From sequence record PP359696.1: DNA of 64,000 nt; one strand, written 5' to 3'. The DNA comes from Escherichia phage Ge15. The notes beneath the pieces were generated by a model. That model did no database searches. It was given only the letters and a program-made list of their open reading frames with translations, and had not been told where the DNA came from. Each line of letters starts with the position of its first letter. The first letter of the stretch is position 1. Shown piece by piece: positions 30,007 to 40,734 of this stretch. Made by a program: the position numbers and the translations under genes.

Positions 30007-30561
30007 TTATGGCCTCTCATACACATAGCTTCTCAATTTATTAGCCCAACGACTCCAATTTCCAACTATAGTTTTTGTGTAATTTTTAACAAGAGTTTTT
30101 CTTATTGGAGCTGGAGGATTCGTTGGTTCAGTAGTATCAGAAGATGACCTAGAATTACTGCCAGAACCTCCAGATTCACTTTGTTCTTGGTAGTCATATA
30201 TTAATGTTACTTCGTAAGTGAATGTCTTCTGGAGGTTTTGAGGAGCTTTCCATAAATATAACTGAGTATTAGAATCAGTTGGAAGGTCTTCCCATGAAGC
30301 AGCAGTTTTAAATTCATCGCCTAAACGATATTTCAACGCATCATTTCCAAATCCAAATACAGATTCATACGTTCCATATAAACGATTTTCTTCTACTAAA
30401 ACCCCAGGAGTTTCTTCGTAACTAGTTATATTTATAGATACTAACGTTTCACCTGTTTCTAATTGAGCAGTAAAGGTGACGTCGATAGAAGAACCTTCCA
30501 TGGATTCTCCTAAATCAGCGCTCATTGGAAGTATATTAGCCAATGTCAATCCTCGATCCAT
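30007..30561 (-). CDS. Hypothetical protein (gene 5.1 position); start uncertain (ATG 30561 or 30525)
   Basis: ORF between gp5 and gp5.4; first track codon is TTG. Confidence 0.5.
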
Positions 30562-32263
30562 CAATTGTGTATTGACCAGATGAAATAGAACTCATAGATG
30601 CCATTTTTTCTGTCCAATCACCACCAACGTCCCAATCAACTGTCCCAGCAACTTTCCAAGAAAGATTTCCATTTACTGTATTAGTCTGATTTCCTTCAAC
30701 TAAAGTGGTAGCATCTCCTTTAACTGTAATGTCAGCATTACCTTCAACTACAATAGTAACATTACCTTTGACTAGGAGAGTTCCATTACCTTCAACCGTC
30801 TTAGTTTCATCGCCACGCACAAATATCGTATTGCTTCCATCTATTTGGTGAAGACGATTATCCATGTTGTAATAAATTTCTGATCCACCGACGTTAGTCT
30901 TTTTATCACCGGCTACCAAAAAATTACCATCAGCGTTGGTTATATCATACAAATTATCAACAGTTTTTCTTGTTCTTCTCCCTGACGGTGATACTTCTTC
31001 ATAAGTTCCAGTTGGATGAACTAATCTATATCGTTCTTGCCCAGGGGTATCATCAAATTCCTGAATATGTCCACTTTCAGTTTCCATTGTATGCACATAA
31101 GGATATTCGCCTTTATATGAAGAAACTGGTTCTTTGAATAAAATTCTCGAGTCATTTGGAATAGGAGGGTCAGCAGGGTCAGAAGATTTAGTTACAGTCG
31201 CAGCCATTGCCGATAAAGACCTAGCCGGAGTTTTCACTTCAACACCATATGATTCCAAATTCCCCGTAAGAATAATCATGGTAACACGGGATGCACGGCC
31301 TTTTGTTTGTTGATACCACAATGAATCACGACCGGCTTTATATGCTTTTTCCCAATCTCCTGCTAACATAGCAGTTAACATTGTGTTAAATTTAGCTACA
31401 CCGCCAACACCCATCTGAAATGCCATATTTTCTAATGCCATTTGGCGAGAACGGTTGACAGCTTGCCAGACTGGTCCTACTTTAGAATGTGATTTAATAT
31501 CACGTTGCATATCAGCCAAATCACGCTCAAATAAAGTCGTCGCTTCTTCCATTGTAATAGAACCTGGATTTCCTGTAATTTCACGACCAACTTGTTTTGA
31601 TAAAACTTTATTAATTTGAGCCATATCACGAACTGGCTGCTTCATGATAAGATGACCAATTCCAATTGTCGGATATCCTTCGGTATCCCAATAAACTTTT
31701 AGTCTTAATCCTTCATCACGGCGAAGCATTTCAGCCATTGACATATTTGGATTATCATCAGTTGGAATCTCTGATAGTGGTCTATCATCAGGATTTATTG
31801 CAGTGTCTAAGTTACTATCTTGGATAACGTTAGAAGACGAATCATATCCTACTTCTCCGCCTTGGTTTAGTACGTTAGTATCATTTCCTAGACGTCTAGG
31901 ATACTGTCCAGTTGGGTCAGAAAATCCTTCAAGTCTATTAGGTTTTTCGCGAACTATTCCGCCATATGTACCAAGGACAATTCCGTTAGTTTTCCATTTG
32001 TCTAAAAAATGACCATAAACTCTAGTTCCTTCTACCGGACCAGTAACGGAGCCTCCAATTCCAGACATTGCTGCAGAAGTTATAGGTTGAATAACTGACA
32101 TCCATGGTAATTTATCAGTTGGAATACCCATTACATCGCCTTGGGCTCTTTGAGGTGGATGCAAACCAACCACACGAACACGAACACGACCTAATTTTAA
32201 TGGGTCCATTCTATCTTCAACAACACCAACAAACCAATTAAGGTTATTACTTATCATTTCCAT
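30536..32263 (-). CDS. 5: Baseplate hub and tail lysozyme gp5 (cell-puncturing device)
   Basis: 575 aa; internal lysozyme domain EMLRRDEGLRLKVYWDTEGYPTIGIGHL related to e; C-terminal beta-helix VEGN repeats. Confidence 0.95.
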   Translation of the reverse strand: MEMISNNLNWFVGVVEDRMDPLKLGRVRVRVVGLHPPQRAQGDVMGIPTDKLPWMSVIQPITSAAMSGIGGSVTGPVEGTRVYGHFLDKWKTNGIVLGTYGGIVREKPNRLEGFSDPTGQYPRRLGNDTNVLNQGGEVGYDSSSNVIQDSNLDTAINPDDRPLSEIPTDDNPNMSMAEMLRRDEGLRLKVYWDTEGYPTIGIGHLIMKQPVRDMAQINKVLSKQVGREITGNPGSITMEEATTLFERDLADMQRDIKSHSKVGPVWQAVNRSRQMALENMAFQMGVGGVAKFNTMLTAMLAGDWEKAYKAGRDSLWYQQTKGRASRVTMIILTGNLESYGVEVKTPARSLSAMAATVTKSSDPADPPIPNDSRILFKEPVSSYKGEYPYVHTMETESGHIQEFDDTPGQERYRLVHPTGTYEEVSPSGRRTRKTVDNLYDITNADGNFLVAGDKKTNVGGSEIYYNMDNRLHQIDGSNTIFVRGDETKTVEGNGTLLVKGNVTIVVEGNADITVKGDATTLVEGNQTNTVNGNLSWKVAGTVDWDVGGDWTEKMASMSSISSGQYTIDGSRIDIG

Positions 32264-32837
32264 AAGATTTCTCCATTATACGTATAAGGTCGTTCATAAA
32301 TGAATTGATGTCTGATTTTGCTATTATTTTTATTTGACGAAGTTTTTCATTTTCAAGAACAGCAGCTTCATACGTATCTACCGCAGCAAGTGCTCCTTCA
32401 TATTGAGGATATTTTCTAGCTTTATCGCCTTTGTCATACCAAACATATGGATTATCATCATATGATATTAAATTATAAAATTTTTCACCGTTCTCATTCA
32501 CATGATATACTATTTGGTCTCCACCTACGTTTTTGTATTTTTGTATAGATGCTTGATAAGCAGCTTCTTGCGAAGTAATCCATCCATAATACGGATCATA
32601 ATTATCATTACACATCAATAAAACCCAATACAACTGCGGATTTCCATATATAGCATTTGCTAATTCTTCAGGGCGTGGTGAACCTTTAATATAATAAGTA
32701 CGTAAGCGGTATCCCGCAAGAGCACGTTTGAAATAGTCTTTATAGTTTCTAAAAATATCTGTCATAGGAATAGTCGGCGCGTTTTTATTCACCGTTTTGG
32801 CCGCATATTCAATCGGATCAAAAAATGTAAAGAGCAT
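32247..32837 (-). CDS. 53: Baseplate wedge gp53
   Basis: 196 aa; synteny. Confidence 0.85.
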   Translation of the reverse strand: MLFTFFDPIEYAAKTVNKNAPTIPMTDIFRNYKDYFKRALAGYRLRTYYIKGSPRPEELANAIYGNPQLYWVLLMCNDNYDPYYGWITSQEAAYQASIQKYKNVGGDQIVYHVNENGEKFYNLISYDDNPYVWYDKGDKARKYPQYEGALAAVDTYEAAVLENEKLRQIKIIAKSDINSFMNDLIRIMEKSYGNDK

Positions 32838-32851
32838 GGGCCCTCCTGTTT

Positions 32852-32873
32852 ATAAATATATTATCTATTTATA
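32852..32873. promoter_or_regulatory. Divergent late promoters (TATAAATA on both strands) between gene 53 and gene 4
   Basis: tttataaatatattatctatttataagg carries TATAAATA on + and on - strand. Confidence 0.55.
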
Positions 32874-32884
32874 AGGAGAATCCA

Positions 32885-33337
32885 ATGGCATATTCTGGAA
32901 AATGGGTTCCTAAAAATATATCAAAATATAGAGGTGACCCTAAAAAAATTACGTATAGATCAAATTGGGAAAAATTCTTTTTTGAATGGTTAGATAAAAA
33001 TCCAGAAATTATTGCATGGGGTAGTGAAACAGCAGTAATTCCTTATTTTTGTAATGCAGAAGGGAAAAAACGTAGATACTTCATGGATATTTGGATGAAA
33101 GATTCTTCTGGACAAGAATTTTTTATTGAAATAAAACCTAAAAAAGAAACACAACCACCAGTTAAACCGGCACATCTAACAACCGCAGCGAAGAAAAGAT
33201 TTATGAATGAAATTTATACATATTCCGTTAATACTGATAAATGGAAAGCAGCGCAAGCTTTAGCTGAAAAGCGTGGAATAAAATTTAGAATTCTAACAGA
33301 AGATGGATTAAGAGCTCTTGGCTTTAAGGGGGCATAA
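32885..33337 (+). CDS. 4: Head completion protein gp4
   Basis: 150 aa; synteny 4-2-3-1-57A-57B. Confidence 0.85.
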   Translation: MAYSGKWVPKNISKYRGDPKKITYRSNWEKFFFEWLDKNPEIIAWGSETAVIPYFCNAEGKKRRYFMDIWMKDSSGQEFFIEIKPKKETQPPVKPAHLTTAAKKRFMNEIYTYSVNTDKWKAAQALAEKRGIKFRILTEDGLRALGFKGA

Positions 33338-34161
33338 TGGCTATTTTTCAAATAATTAATGAAAGCACTCCCCAAGTTCCAAAGGTTAAGCAATCATTAA
33401 ACGAAAAGAAATGGATTCAGATAGGTCTTGAATACAGAAAGGCCAAAGCAAAAGGAATGACAGGAAAGCAATTTGCTGAAGAAAGAGGAATCAAATACTC
33501 TACGTTTACTTCGGCAATGTCAAAATATGCTTCAGGAATTAAAACGGCTGAAAAGATTCAAAAGCTTGAATCAAAACCAATGAATAAACTCAATAAGCAA
33601 GAAAGACAACTGCTTATGATAAATTCATTCAGGCAAACATTGCGTGATAAAATTCGTAATGAAGGTGCAGCAATTAATAATAAAACCAGAAAGTGGTTTG
33701 CTGAAACTATTAAGCAAGTAAAAGGACATAAAGTTGTTCGCCCGCAGCCGGGACGAATATATGCTTTTGCTTATGATGCTAAACACAAGGAAACTCTTCC
33801 TTATTGGGATAAATTTCCTTTGATAATTTACCTTGGTTTAGGTAAACATAATTTAATGTACGGATTGAACTTGCACTATATTCCACCTAAAGCTCGTCAG
33901 CAATTTCTAGAAGAGCTTTTAAAGCAATATTCAAATACACCTACTATTACTAATAAAACGAAATTAAAAATTGATTGGAGTCAAGTGAAAGGATTTAGGG
34001 GTGCAGACCAAATGATTAAGGCATATATACCTGGTAATATTATGGGTAGCCTCGTTGAAATCGCCCCGAAAGACTGGGCGAACGTTGTGTTAATGCCACT
34101 TCAGCAGTTCGTTTCAAAAGGAAAACGTTTCTCTGCAAACAAAGTCTGGTCAAATATCTAA
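33337..34161 (+). CDS. 2: DNA end protector gp2
   Basis: 274 aa; synteny. Confidence 0.85.
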   Translation: MAIFQIINESTPQVPKVKQSLNEKKWIQIGLEYRKAKAKGMTGKQFAEERGIKYSTFTSAMSKYASGIKTAEKIQKLESKPMNKLNKQERQLLMINSFRQTLRDKIRNEGAAINNKTRKWFAETIKQVKGHKVVRPQPGRIYAFAYDAKHKETLPYWDKFPLIIYLGLGKHNLMYGLNLHYIPPKARQQFLEELLKQYSNTPTITNKTKLKIDWSQVKGFRGADQMIKAYIPGNIMGSLVEIAPKDWANVVLMPLQQFVSKGKRFSANKVWSNI

Positions 34162-34267
34162 TTCTATTATCTTCCATTCTTTTCTATTGTTTGTTCTAAT
34201 TGGAATTGAATGGAAGGGACTTAGACCCATTATACCACCAACATTTATGAAGCATTATGAGGAATAT

Positions 34268-34798
34268 ATGTCGCAAGCACTACAACAAATTTTTAACCAA
34301 GCAAATACAACTAACTTTGTAGTATCAATACCGCATAGTAATACTACATCCGCTTTTACTTTAAATGCTCAGTCAGTTCCTATTCCGGGAATTAGGATAC
34401 CTGTTACTGATACCGTGACTGGGCCGTTTGGACTAGGCCGAGCACAACGTCCAGGTGTTACATTTGAGTACGACCCACTCATCGTGAGATTTATAGTTGA
34501 TGAAGAGCTTAAGTCGTGGATAGGAATGTATGAATGGATGCTAGGAACTAGTAACTATCTTACAGGCGAAAATACTGCCCAAAAAACAGGTCCTGAATAC
34601 ATTACGCTTTACATTTTAGATAATAGTAAAACTGAAATCGTGATGTCAATAAATTTTTATAAGCCCTGGGTTTCTGACCTGTCTGAAGTAGAATTTAGCT
34701 ACACAGAAGATTCAGACCCAGCCTTAGTATGCACAGCAACGATTCCTTATACGTATTTTCAAGTAGAAAAAGATGGAAAAATTATAGCAGAAGTTTAA
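34268..34798 (+). CDS. 3: Tail completion / sheath stabiliser gp3
   Basis: Start trimmed to MSQALQQ giving 176 aa as in T4. Confidence 0.8.
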   Translation: MSQALQQIFNQANTTNFVVSIPHSNTTSAFTLNAQSVPIPGIRIPVTDTVTGPFGLGRAQRPGVTFEYDPLIVRFIVDEELKSWIGMYEWMLGTSNYLTGENTAQKTGPEYITLYILDNSKTEIVMSINFYKPWVSDLSEVEFSYTEDSDPALVCTATIPYTYFQVEKDGKIIAEV

Positions 34799-34847
34799 TG
34801 CTTCAGTTTCATGTGTTATAATCTTAACTAAATTTGAGGAGAAACAT

Positions 34848-35560
34848 ATGAAACTAATCTTTTTAAGTGGTGTAAAGCGTAGTGGAAAAGATACTACTGC
34901 AGATTTTATTATGAATAATTATTCTGCAGTTAAATATCAACTTGCTGGTCCTATTAAGGATGCATTGGCTTATGCATGGGGTGTATTTGCAGCAAACACT
35001 GACTATCCTTGTTTAACTCGTAAAGAGTTTGAAGGAATTGACTATGATCGTGAAACTAATTTAAATCTGACTAAATTAGAAGTAATTACGATTATGGAAC
35101 AAGCATTTTGCTATCTTAATAGTAAAAGCCCAATTAAAGGTGTGTTTGTTTTTGATGACGCAGTTAATTTCGTAGCATTTAACAAGATTGCTGACGTTAT
35201 AAATAATATTGAAGATCAATGGTCAGTCCGTCGTCTGATGCAAGCCCTAGGTACGGATTTGATTGTTAATAACTTCGACCGCATGTATTGGGTAAAATTA
35301 TTTGCTTTAGATTATCTTGATAAATTTAACTCAGGTTATGATTATTATATCGTTCCTGATACTCGTCAAGATCATGAAATGGATGCGGCTAGGGCGATGG
35401 GTGCTACAGTAATTCATGTAGTTCGTCCTGGTCAAAAATCCAATGATACACATATTACAGAAGCTGGATTGCCAATTCATGATGGCGATTTAGTAATTAC
35501 AAACGATGGTTCTCTTGAAGAACTTTTTTCTAAAATTAAAAATACACTAAAGGTACTATA

Positions 35561-35561
<1 letters not shown>
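34848..35561 (+). CDS. 1: dNMP kinase gp1
   Basis: 237 aa; N-terminal P-loop-like GVKRSGKDT; synteny. Confidence 0.88.
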
Positions 35562-36258
<697 letters not shown>

Positions 36259-36270
36259 TTTCACAAAGTT

Positions 36271-36300
36271 GTTTACATACTGATGAGGTAGTGATACTAT
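36271..36300 (+). promoter_or_regulatory. T4-type early promoter (GTTTAC -35, GATACTAT -10) with inverted repeat flanking the -10
   Basis: gtttacatactgatgaggtagtgatactattacctcatca. Confidence 0.7.
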
Positions 36301-36330
36301 TACCTCATCAAAATTAATTAGGAAAATAAA

Positions 36331-36588
36331 ATGAAAACTTTCAAAGAGTTTGCTACAAAAACTACTATCACTGAATCTTCCCACGGTATGGAAGTAAAGC
36401 TTGGAATGGCTTTAGCTGAAGCTGAGCGTCTTTTCTCTCGTATTAAAGAACTTGCTGCTGCAGTCGATCCTTCATCTTTTAAAGGAGACCAAACTAAAGT
36501 TAAAGCACTTTTAGCATTATGCTCAGATGCAGGAGAAATTGCTAAAAATGGTTCTAAGATGAAGAAACGATTAGAAGATTTAAAATAA
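36331..36588 (+). CDS. Internal-protein-like ORF with capsid targeting sequence (MKTFKEF...TE)
   Basis: N-terminal CTS consensus; IPI locus position after 57B. Confidence 0.65.
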   Translation: MKTFKEFATKTTITESSHGMEVKLGMALAEAERLFSRIKELAAAVDPSSFKGDQTKVKALLALCSDAGEIAKNGSKMKKRLEDLK

Positions 36589-36600
36589 TTTCACAAAGTT

Positions 36601-36630
36601 GTTTACACAGGGTTTTAGTAGTGATACTAT
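36601..36630 (+). promoter_or_regulatory. T4-type early promoter
   Basis: gtttacacagggttttagtagtgatactat. Confidence 0.65.
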
Positions 36631-36664
36631 TACTCTATCAAAACAAAACCAAATGGAAATCAAA

Positions 36665-36898
36665 ATGAAAACTTTCAAAGAGTTTATCGCTGAATCTTCT
36701 GATGTAAAAGTTGAGTTTATTTACACCGGCAAGAAAGATAAAATGGGTGAAATGCCTCATGGAGTTCTTCGTGATGCATTAGATAATTTCGGTCAACTCG
36801 CCGCAGAAGATTACGGTGATAAAATTGTTGTTACTGGTCCTGCTGCAGTTATTGAAAAATGGGCAGCAGAAAATAAATCAATTTTTCGTAAAAAATAA
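36665..36898 (+). CDS. Internal-protein-like ORF with CTS (MKTFKEFIAE)
   Basis: Start trimmed to MKTFKEFIAESS; CTS consensus. Confidence 0.6.
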   Translation: MKTFKEFIAESSDVKVEFIYTGKKDKMGEMPHGVLRDALDNFGQLAAEDYGDKIVVTGPAAVIEKWAAENKSIFRKK

Positions 36899-36928
36899 GT
36901 TTACTTTTAGATAGGGTAGTGATACTAT
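36899..36928 (+). promoter_or_regulatory. T4-type early promoter with inverted repeat (GATAGGGTA / TACCCTATC) around the -10
   Basis: gtttacttttagatagggtagtgatactattaccctatc. Confidence 0.7.
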
Positions 36929-36956
36929 TACCCTATCAACTACCGAGGAGAATAAA

Positions 36957-37142
36957 ATGAAACGTTGTGAATTAATTCGAAATGTTGCTATTGCAATTTC
37001 TGCTTCCGCTTTTAGTTTTTCAATGTTTGTTGGATTTATATGCGGATTATTGACTACAGCAGAAAATGTGTTTTCACTTGTAGTAGCATTTTTAATTGGT
37101 TTAATTGCTATCGTTATGGATAAAATTTCTAAAGGTGAATAG
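36957..37142 (+). CDS. Small two-TM membrane protein
   Basis: 61 aa, two hydrophobic helices. Confidence 0.5.
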   Translation: MKRCELIRNVAIAISASAFSFSMFVGFICGLLTTAENVFSLVVAFLIGLIAIVMDKISKGE

Positions 37143-37143
37143 A

Positions 37144-37524
37144 ATGTACAAAGTGTATGCGGATTATCAGGCTAATCCATCTGAAAAGCCAGGTTGTCAA
37201 ATTGGATGGGCTCATGATACTTTGCTTGAAGCAGTAGATGCTGCTCAAAAATTGGGATATAAATATGTAGAGATTGTTCAACCGTCAGGAAAGGTTATTA
37301 CTCTTGAAGAGTTCAATAACATTAAACCAAACTTTTTACTTTTTGCAGGTGATAATTATTATCCTCGTGGTGGATATGCTGATTTAATCGCGAAAGCCGC
37401 TACCGAAGATGAACTCCGTGATATTATCAAAGAAAATGAAAACAAACCAGATTATGGTTCTAATCGCTTTGATTGGTGGCAAATTGTAAATGCCAATACG
37501 CATACTATTGTTGATGAAGGTTGA
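37144..37524 (+). CDS. Hypothetical protein
   Basis: Start trimmed to MYKVYADYQ. Confidence 0.5.
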   Translation: MYKVYADYQANPSEKPGCQIGWAHDTLLEAVDAAQKLGYKYVEIVQPSGKVITLEEFNNIKPNFLLFAGDNYYPRGGYADLIAKAATEDELRDIIKENENKPDYGSNRFDWWQIVNANTHTIVDEG

Positions 37525-37814
37525 TAATGATTCTTTACGCGAAAGTATCATCCATTGAAAATGGATATAAATATGATCAAGACGCGGCTAAAGCCTTGAT
37601 TGATGATTATGGCATTTTAACATATTTTGAAGTTGAAAAGGTTTACATTGACCGTTCATCTTCACAAGTTAAATTAGTGAAGGAAGACCGTAAATTTAAT
37701 ACAGTAAATTTTGATTTCTTTATCGAAACAGAAAAAGGTCCTCTTGAATATGATATTTTCAAGAATCCTTTGGGTCTTGAATGTATCGTAAATATGTATC
37801 ATCATAAATGGTAA
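37521..37814 (+). CDS. Hypothetical protein
   Basis: ORF with overlapping start. Confidence 0.45.
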   Translation: MIMILYAKVSSIENGYKYDQDAAKALIDDYGILTYFEVEKVYIDRSSSQVKLVKEDRKFNTVNFDFFIETEKGPLEYDIFKNPLGLECIVNMYHHKW

Positions 37815-37911
37815 ATATGCTTTAAGAATTATTTGTTATTATTAATTCATACCGCACTGATTAATACCCTCTATCATCAAGGGTTCTTGTTTGAGAGCCT
37901 TTGTTAATAAT

Positions 37912-37984
37912 TGGGAATTAGCCAAGTTGGTAAGGCACTGGATTTTGATTCCAGGATGCAAAGGTTCGAGTCCTTTATTCCCAG
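37912..37984 (+). tRNA. tRNA-Gln (UUG)
   Basis: Cloverleaf by eye; anticodon loop ttTTGat; T-arm aaaggTTCGAGTccttt. Confidence 0.8.
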
Positions 37985-37985
37985 C

Positions 37986-38072
37986 GCGAGAATGGTCAAA
38001 TTGGTAAAGGCACAGCACTTAAAATGCTGCGGAATTATTTCCTTGTGGGTTCGAGTCCCACTTCTCGCACCA
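37986..38072 (+). tRNA. tRNA-Leu (UAA), long variable arm, CCA encoded
   Basis: Acceptor gcgagaa/ttctcgc; anticodon loop ctTAAaa. Confidence 0.8.
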
Positions 38073-38077
38073 AATTT

Positions 38078-38151
<74 letters not shown>

Positions 38152-38197
38152 ATTTATGACTCGTCGTGAGACGCTCAGTTCTTTATTAGGGACTGAT

Positions 38198-38806
38198 ATG
38201 CATTTTTATCTTTATAAAATAACAAATAAAATTAATAATAAAATTTATATTGGTGTGCATTCTACCGAAAATTTAGATGATGGATATATGGGTTCTGGTA
38301 AATTATTAAAAAGAGCCCAAGATAAATATGGTATAGAAAATTTTTCTAAAGAAATATTAGAGTATTTTGATGATAAAGAATCTATGCTTGAAGCCGAGAA
38401 AAATATTGTCACAGAAGAGTTTTTAAATAGACCAGATGTGTATAATTTAAAACTTGGAGGTGAAGGTGGATGGGACCATATAAATAATTATCCTATGACA
38501 GATCAGCAACGCGAATTAATTTCATTGGGTGTTAAAAAGGCACATTCTAACGGAAAATTAAAAGGATGGTCTTCAAATGGATTAATGAAGAATGGCTTTA
38601 CTGGTAAAACTCATTCTCAAGAAGCTAAACGTAAAATAGCAAAAGCAAACGAAGCAAAAGTTTCTGCGGATGAAAGAAAAAGAAGAATAGAAATTTCTAA
38701 ATTATATGATTTTTCTAAGCGTGGTGAATTATCTAAATATGCTAAGCATATTGGCGTAAGTCATACTCAAGCAAAAAGAATTCTAAATCAAATTAACAAT
38801 ATATAA
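38198..38806 (+). mobile_element. segB: GIY-YIG homing endonuclease (SegB-like) inside the tRNA array
   Basis: N-terminal FYLYKITNKINNKIYIGVHS GIY-YIG motif; basic C-terminal DNA-binding region; T4 segB sits in the tRNA region. Confidence 0.8.
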
Positions 38807-38812
38807 ATATTT

Positions 38813-38902
38813 GGAGGCGTGGCAGAGTGGTTTAATGCACCGGTCTTGAAAACCGGCAGTCGCTCCGGCGACTCATAGGTTCAAATCCTATCGCCTCCGC
38901 CA
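38813..38902 (+). tRNA. tRNA-Ser (UGA), long variable arm, CCA encoded
   Basis: Acceptor ggaggcg/cgcctcc; anticodon loop ctTGAaa. Confidence 0.8.
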
Positions 38903-38908
38903 GTTTTT

Positions 38909-38984
38909 GCTGATTTAGCTCAGTAGGTAGAGCAACTCACTTGTAATGAGAAGGTCGGCGGTTCGATTCCGTCAATCAGCACCA
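38909..38984 (+). tRNA. tRNA-Thr (UGU), CCA encoded
   Basis: Anticodon loop ctTGTaa; T-arm GGTTCGATTCC. Confidence 0.75.
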
Positions 38985-38985
38985 A

Positions 38986-39060
38986 GGCCCTGTAGCTGGA
39001 AGGTTCAAGCAAGCGACTCATAATCGCCAGATGGTGGTTCAATTCCACCCAGGGCCACCA
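38986..39060 (+). tRNA. tRNA-Ile/Met (CAU), CCA encoded
   Basis: Acceptor ggccctg/cagggcc; anticodon loop ctCATaa; T4 has a CAU tRNA read as Ile. Confidence 0.7.
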
Positions 39061-39066
39061 AATTAA

Positions 39067-39153
39067 GGGGAGTTATCCCGTAGAGGTAGCGGTGTGGACT
39101 GTAAATTCATTGTCATTGCGACTCGGGTGGTTCGACTCCACCACTCCCCACCA
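39067..39153 (+). tRNA. tRNA-Tyr (GUA), type II, CCA encoded
   Basis: Acceptor ggggagt/actcccc; anticodon stem with G-U pairs, loop ctGTAaa; long variable arm. Confidence 0.6.
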
Positions 39154-39157
39154 ATTT

Positions 39158-39232
39158 GGATGTGTAGCTCAATGGCAGAGCGATCGCCTGTTAAGCGATT
39201 GGTTATAGGTTCGAATCCTATCACGTCCGCCA
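39158..39232 (+). tRNA. tRNA-Asn (GUU), CCA encoded
   Basis: Anticodon arm atcgc-ctGTTaa-gcgat; T-arm GGTTCGAATCC. Confidence 0.75.
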
Positions 39233-39346
39233 AATTTGTGACAACTGTCACATTAATATCTACTTGACGCGATTATAGGGGTTGAACTGATCACTCTTCT
39301 CTTAATTTCGTGTGAAGACATCTTGATTGTTGGAGTAGGTATTAAT

Positions 39347-39422
39347 GTGGCCGTAGTTCAGTTGGTAGAACTCGAGATTGTGATTCTCGTAGTCATGGGT
39401 TCGACTCCCATCGGTCACCCCA
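39347..39422 (+). tRNA. tRNA-His (GUG), CCA encoded
   Basis: Anticodon arm cgaga-ttGTGat-tctcg; T-arm GGTTCGACTCC. Confidence 0.7.
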
Positions 39423-39426
39423 ATTA

Positions 39427-39502
39427 CGGGGCATAGCTCAGAAGGAAGAGCAAGGACCTTCTAAGTCCTAGGTCGTAGGTTCGATCCCTACTGCCTCGAC
39501 CA
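39427..39502 (+). tRNA. tRNA-Arg (UCU), CCA encoded
   Basis: Anticodon arm aggac-ctTCTaa-gtcct; T-arm GGTTCGATCCC. Confidence 0.8.
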
Positions 39503-39520
39503 ATTATAAGTGAGGAAAAT

Positions 39521-39871
39521 ATGAAAGGTAATGTTTATTTAGTAGTTCATGATTTAACATTTTACTTCAATGAATATGAAAAACATATCTCATTTCGTGA
39601 AATTAATTTACTTTATCAACATGCGGATTATATTTATATTCAAAACGAATTTGGTCATTGGCAATTTCTCAAAAATCGTTCATTTGGCTTAGATGGTTAC
39701 GAATACTTTGAACGTAAAGACCTTTTAGATAAAATTCCGTTATCTACGCAATATCAAAATCACAAATCTTTATATAAATGCCGTCCAATTCGAAATGTTG
39801 AATCCGCGTATGAAGCAATTGATTTATGGCGTGAACGCCGTAAACAGATTGATGCTTTAAAAGAATATTAA
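39521..39871 (+). CDS. Hypothetical protein
   Basis: 116-aa ORF immediately after tRNA-Arg. Confidence 0.5.
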   Translation: MKGNVYLVVHDLTFYFNEYEKHISFREINLLYQHADYIYIQNEFGHWQFLKNRSFGLDGYEYFERKDLLDKIPLSTQYQNHKSLYKCRPIRNVESAYEAIDLWRERRKQIDALKEY

Positions 39872-39879
39872 GAAACCGG

Positions 39880-40175
39880 GTCGCTACCGGTAAGTCGTCG
39901 GACTGATGTTCCCTGAGTAAGGAATTGCGTTAATAATCTTTGCGTTTATTGATGCCCTCTTACATCACAGCAGAAACGGCGCACCGAATTATCGATTCGA
40001 GGAAATATCTTTGCCGTAAGCCGAGTAGCGTTTTTGACGGAACGTTCGGATATGGTCGAGATATGGCCTTTTAAAAATATTGAGTAGCGTCAACTGCTTA
40101 ATAACCGGGTTCGAATCCCGGCGTTTCGTACAAACACTTGCCTTAGCAGGTGGAACCCCGACAAGGTTGCCGCAA
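39880..40175 (+). ncRNA. Candidate structured stable RNA region (possibly the T4 species 1/2 RNA equivalent)
   Basis: About 300 nt with no convincing + strand ORF; T-arm-like CCGGGTTCGAATCCCGG; ends at a terminator. Confidence 0.3.
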
Positions 40176-40205
40176 GGCTTAGCCCCAGCCGAAAGGTTGG
40201 GGCTT
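40176..40205 (+). terminator. Rho-independent terminator GCCCCAGCC-GAAA-GGTTGGGGC plus T-run
   Basis: GNRA hairpin and TTTTT. Confidence 0.75.
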
Positions 40206-40210
40206 TTTAG

Positions 40211-40218
40211 TATAAATA
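40211..40218 (+). promoter_or_regulatory. Late promoter TATAAATA upstream of the CTS ORF at 40255
   Basis: Exact TATAAATA 37 bp before the ATG. Confidence 0.6.
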
Positions 40219-40254
40219 AGTATATTAAAACCACGAATTAAAACAGGAAATAAG

Positions 40255-40728
40255 ATGAAATCATATGCTCAATTTTTAAATGAAGCGGTGTTAAATGAAG
40301 CATCTAGCACCGAAATTCAAGCTGTCGCAAAAGCTGCCATTGCCGCGGGTAAATATTCCTATAAAGATGCTTCCGATGAATCACGATTCCAATTTGCTCG
40401 TGATATGAAAGCCGAAGGATTTACAGGGAATGCAGTTAGTATGGCTTGGAAAAGTTTAGTTGCTACTGGAGCTGCTTTTGCAAAGGCTTCAGGTAAACCT
40501 GCTCCTAAGGCTGACCCTAAAGCAGCACAAGAGAAAAATATTGTTAAAGGAATTATCTCCAAATATGAAGCTATCCTTAAAGAGCTTTTAGTAATCAAAA
40601 CTGAAGGCCAAAAACTAGCTCGTGCTTATAGTTTCAAAGATAACCCACATGCTCACTCTCTTGAGTATGTTGAAGACATTCAAAAAATTATTAAAGACCG
40701 CATTTGGTCTGCTAAACAAATCAAATAA
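40255..40728 (+). CDS. Internal-protein-like ORF with CTS-like N-terminus (MKSYAQFLNEA)
   Basis: CTS-like start; late promoter; flanked by repeated terminator. Confidence 0.55.
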   Translation: MKSYAQFLNEAVLNEASSTEIQAVAKAAIAAGKYSYKDASDESRFQFARDMKAEGFTGNAVSMAWKSLVATGAAFAKASGKPAPKADPKAAQEKNIVKGIISKYEAILKELLVIKTEGQKLARAYSFKDNPHAHSLEYVEDIQKIIKDRIWSAKQIK

Positions 40729-40734
40729 CATTCT

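Noticed and set aside
39989-40234. 81-aa - strand ORF in the non-coding region after the tRNA array
   Set aside because: Antisense to a region ending in a + strand terminator; no RBS; more likely structured RNA.
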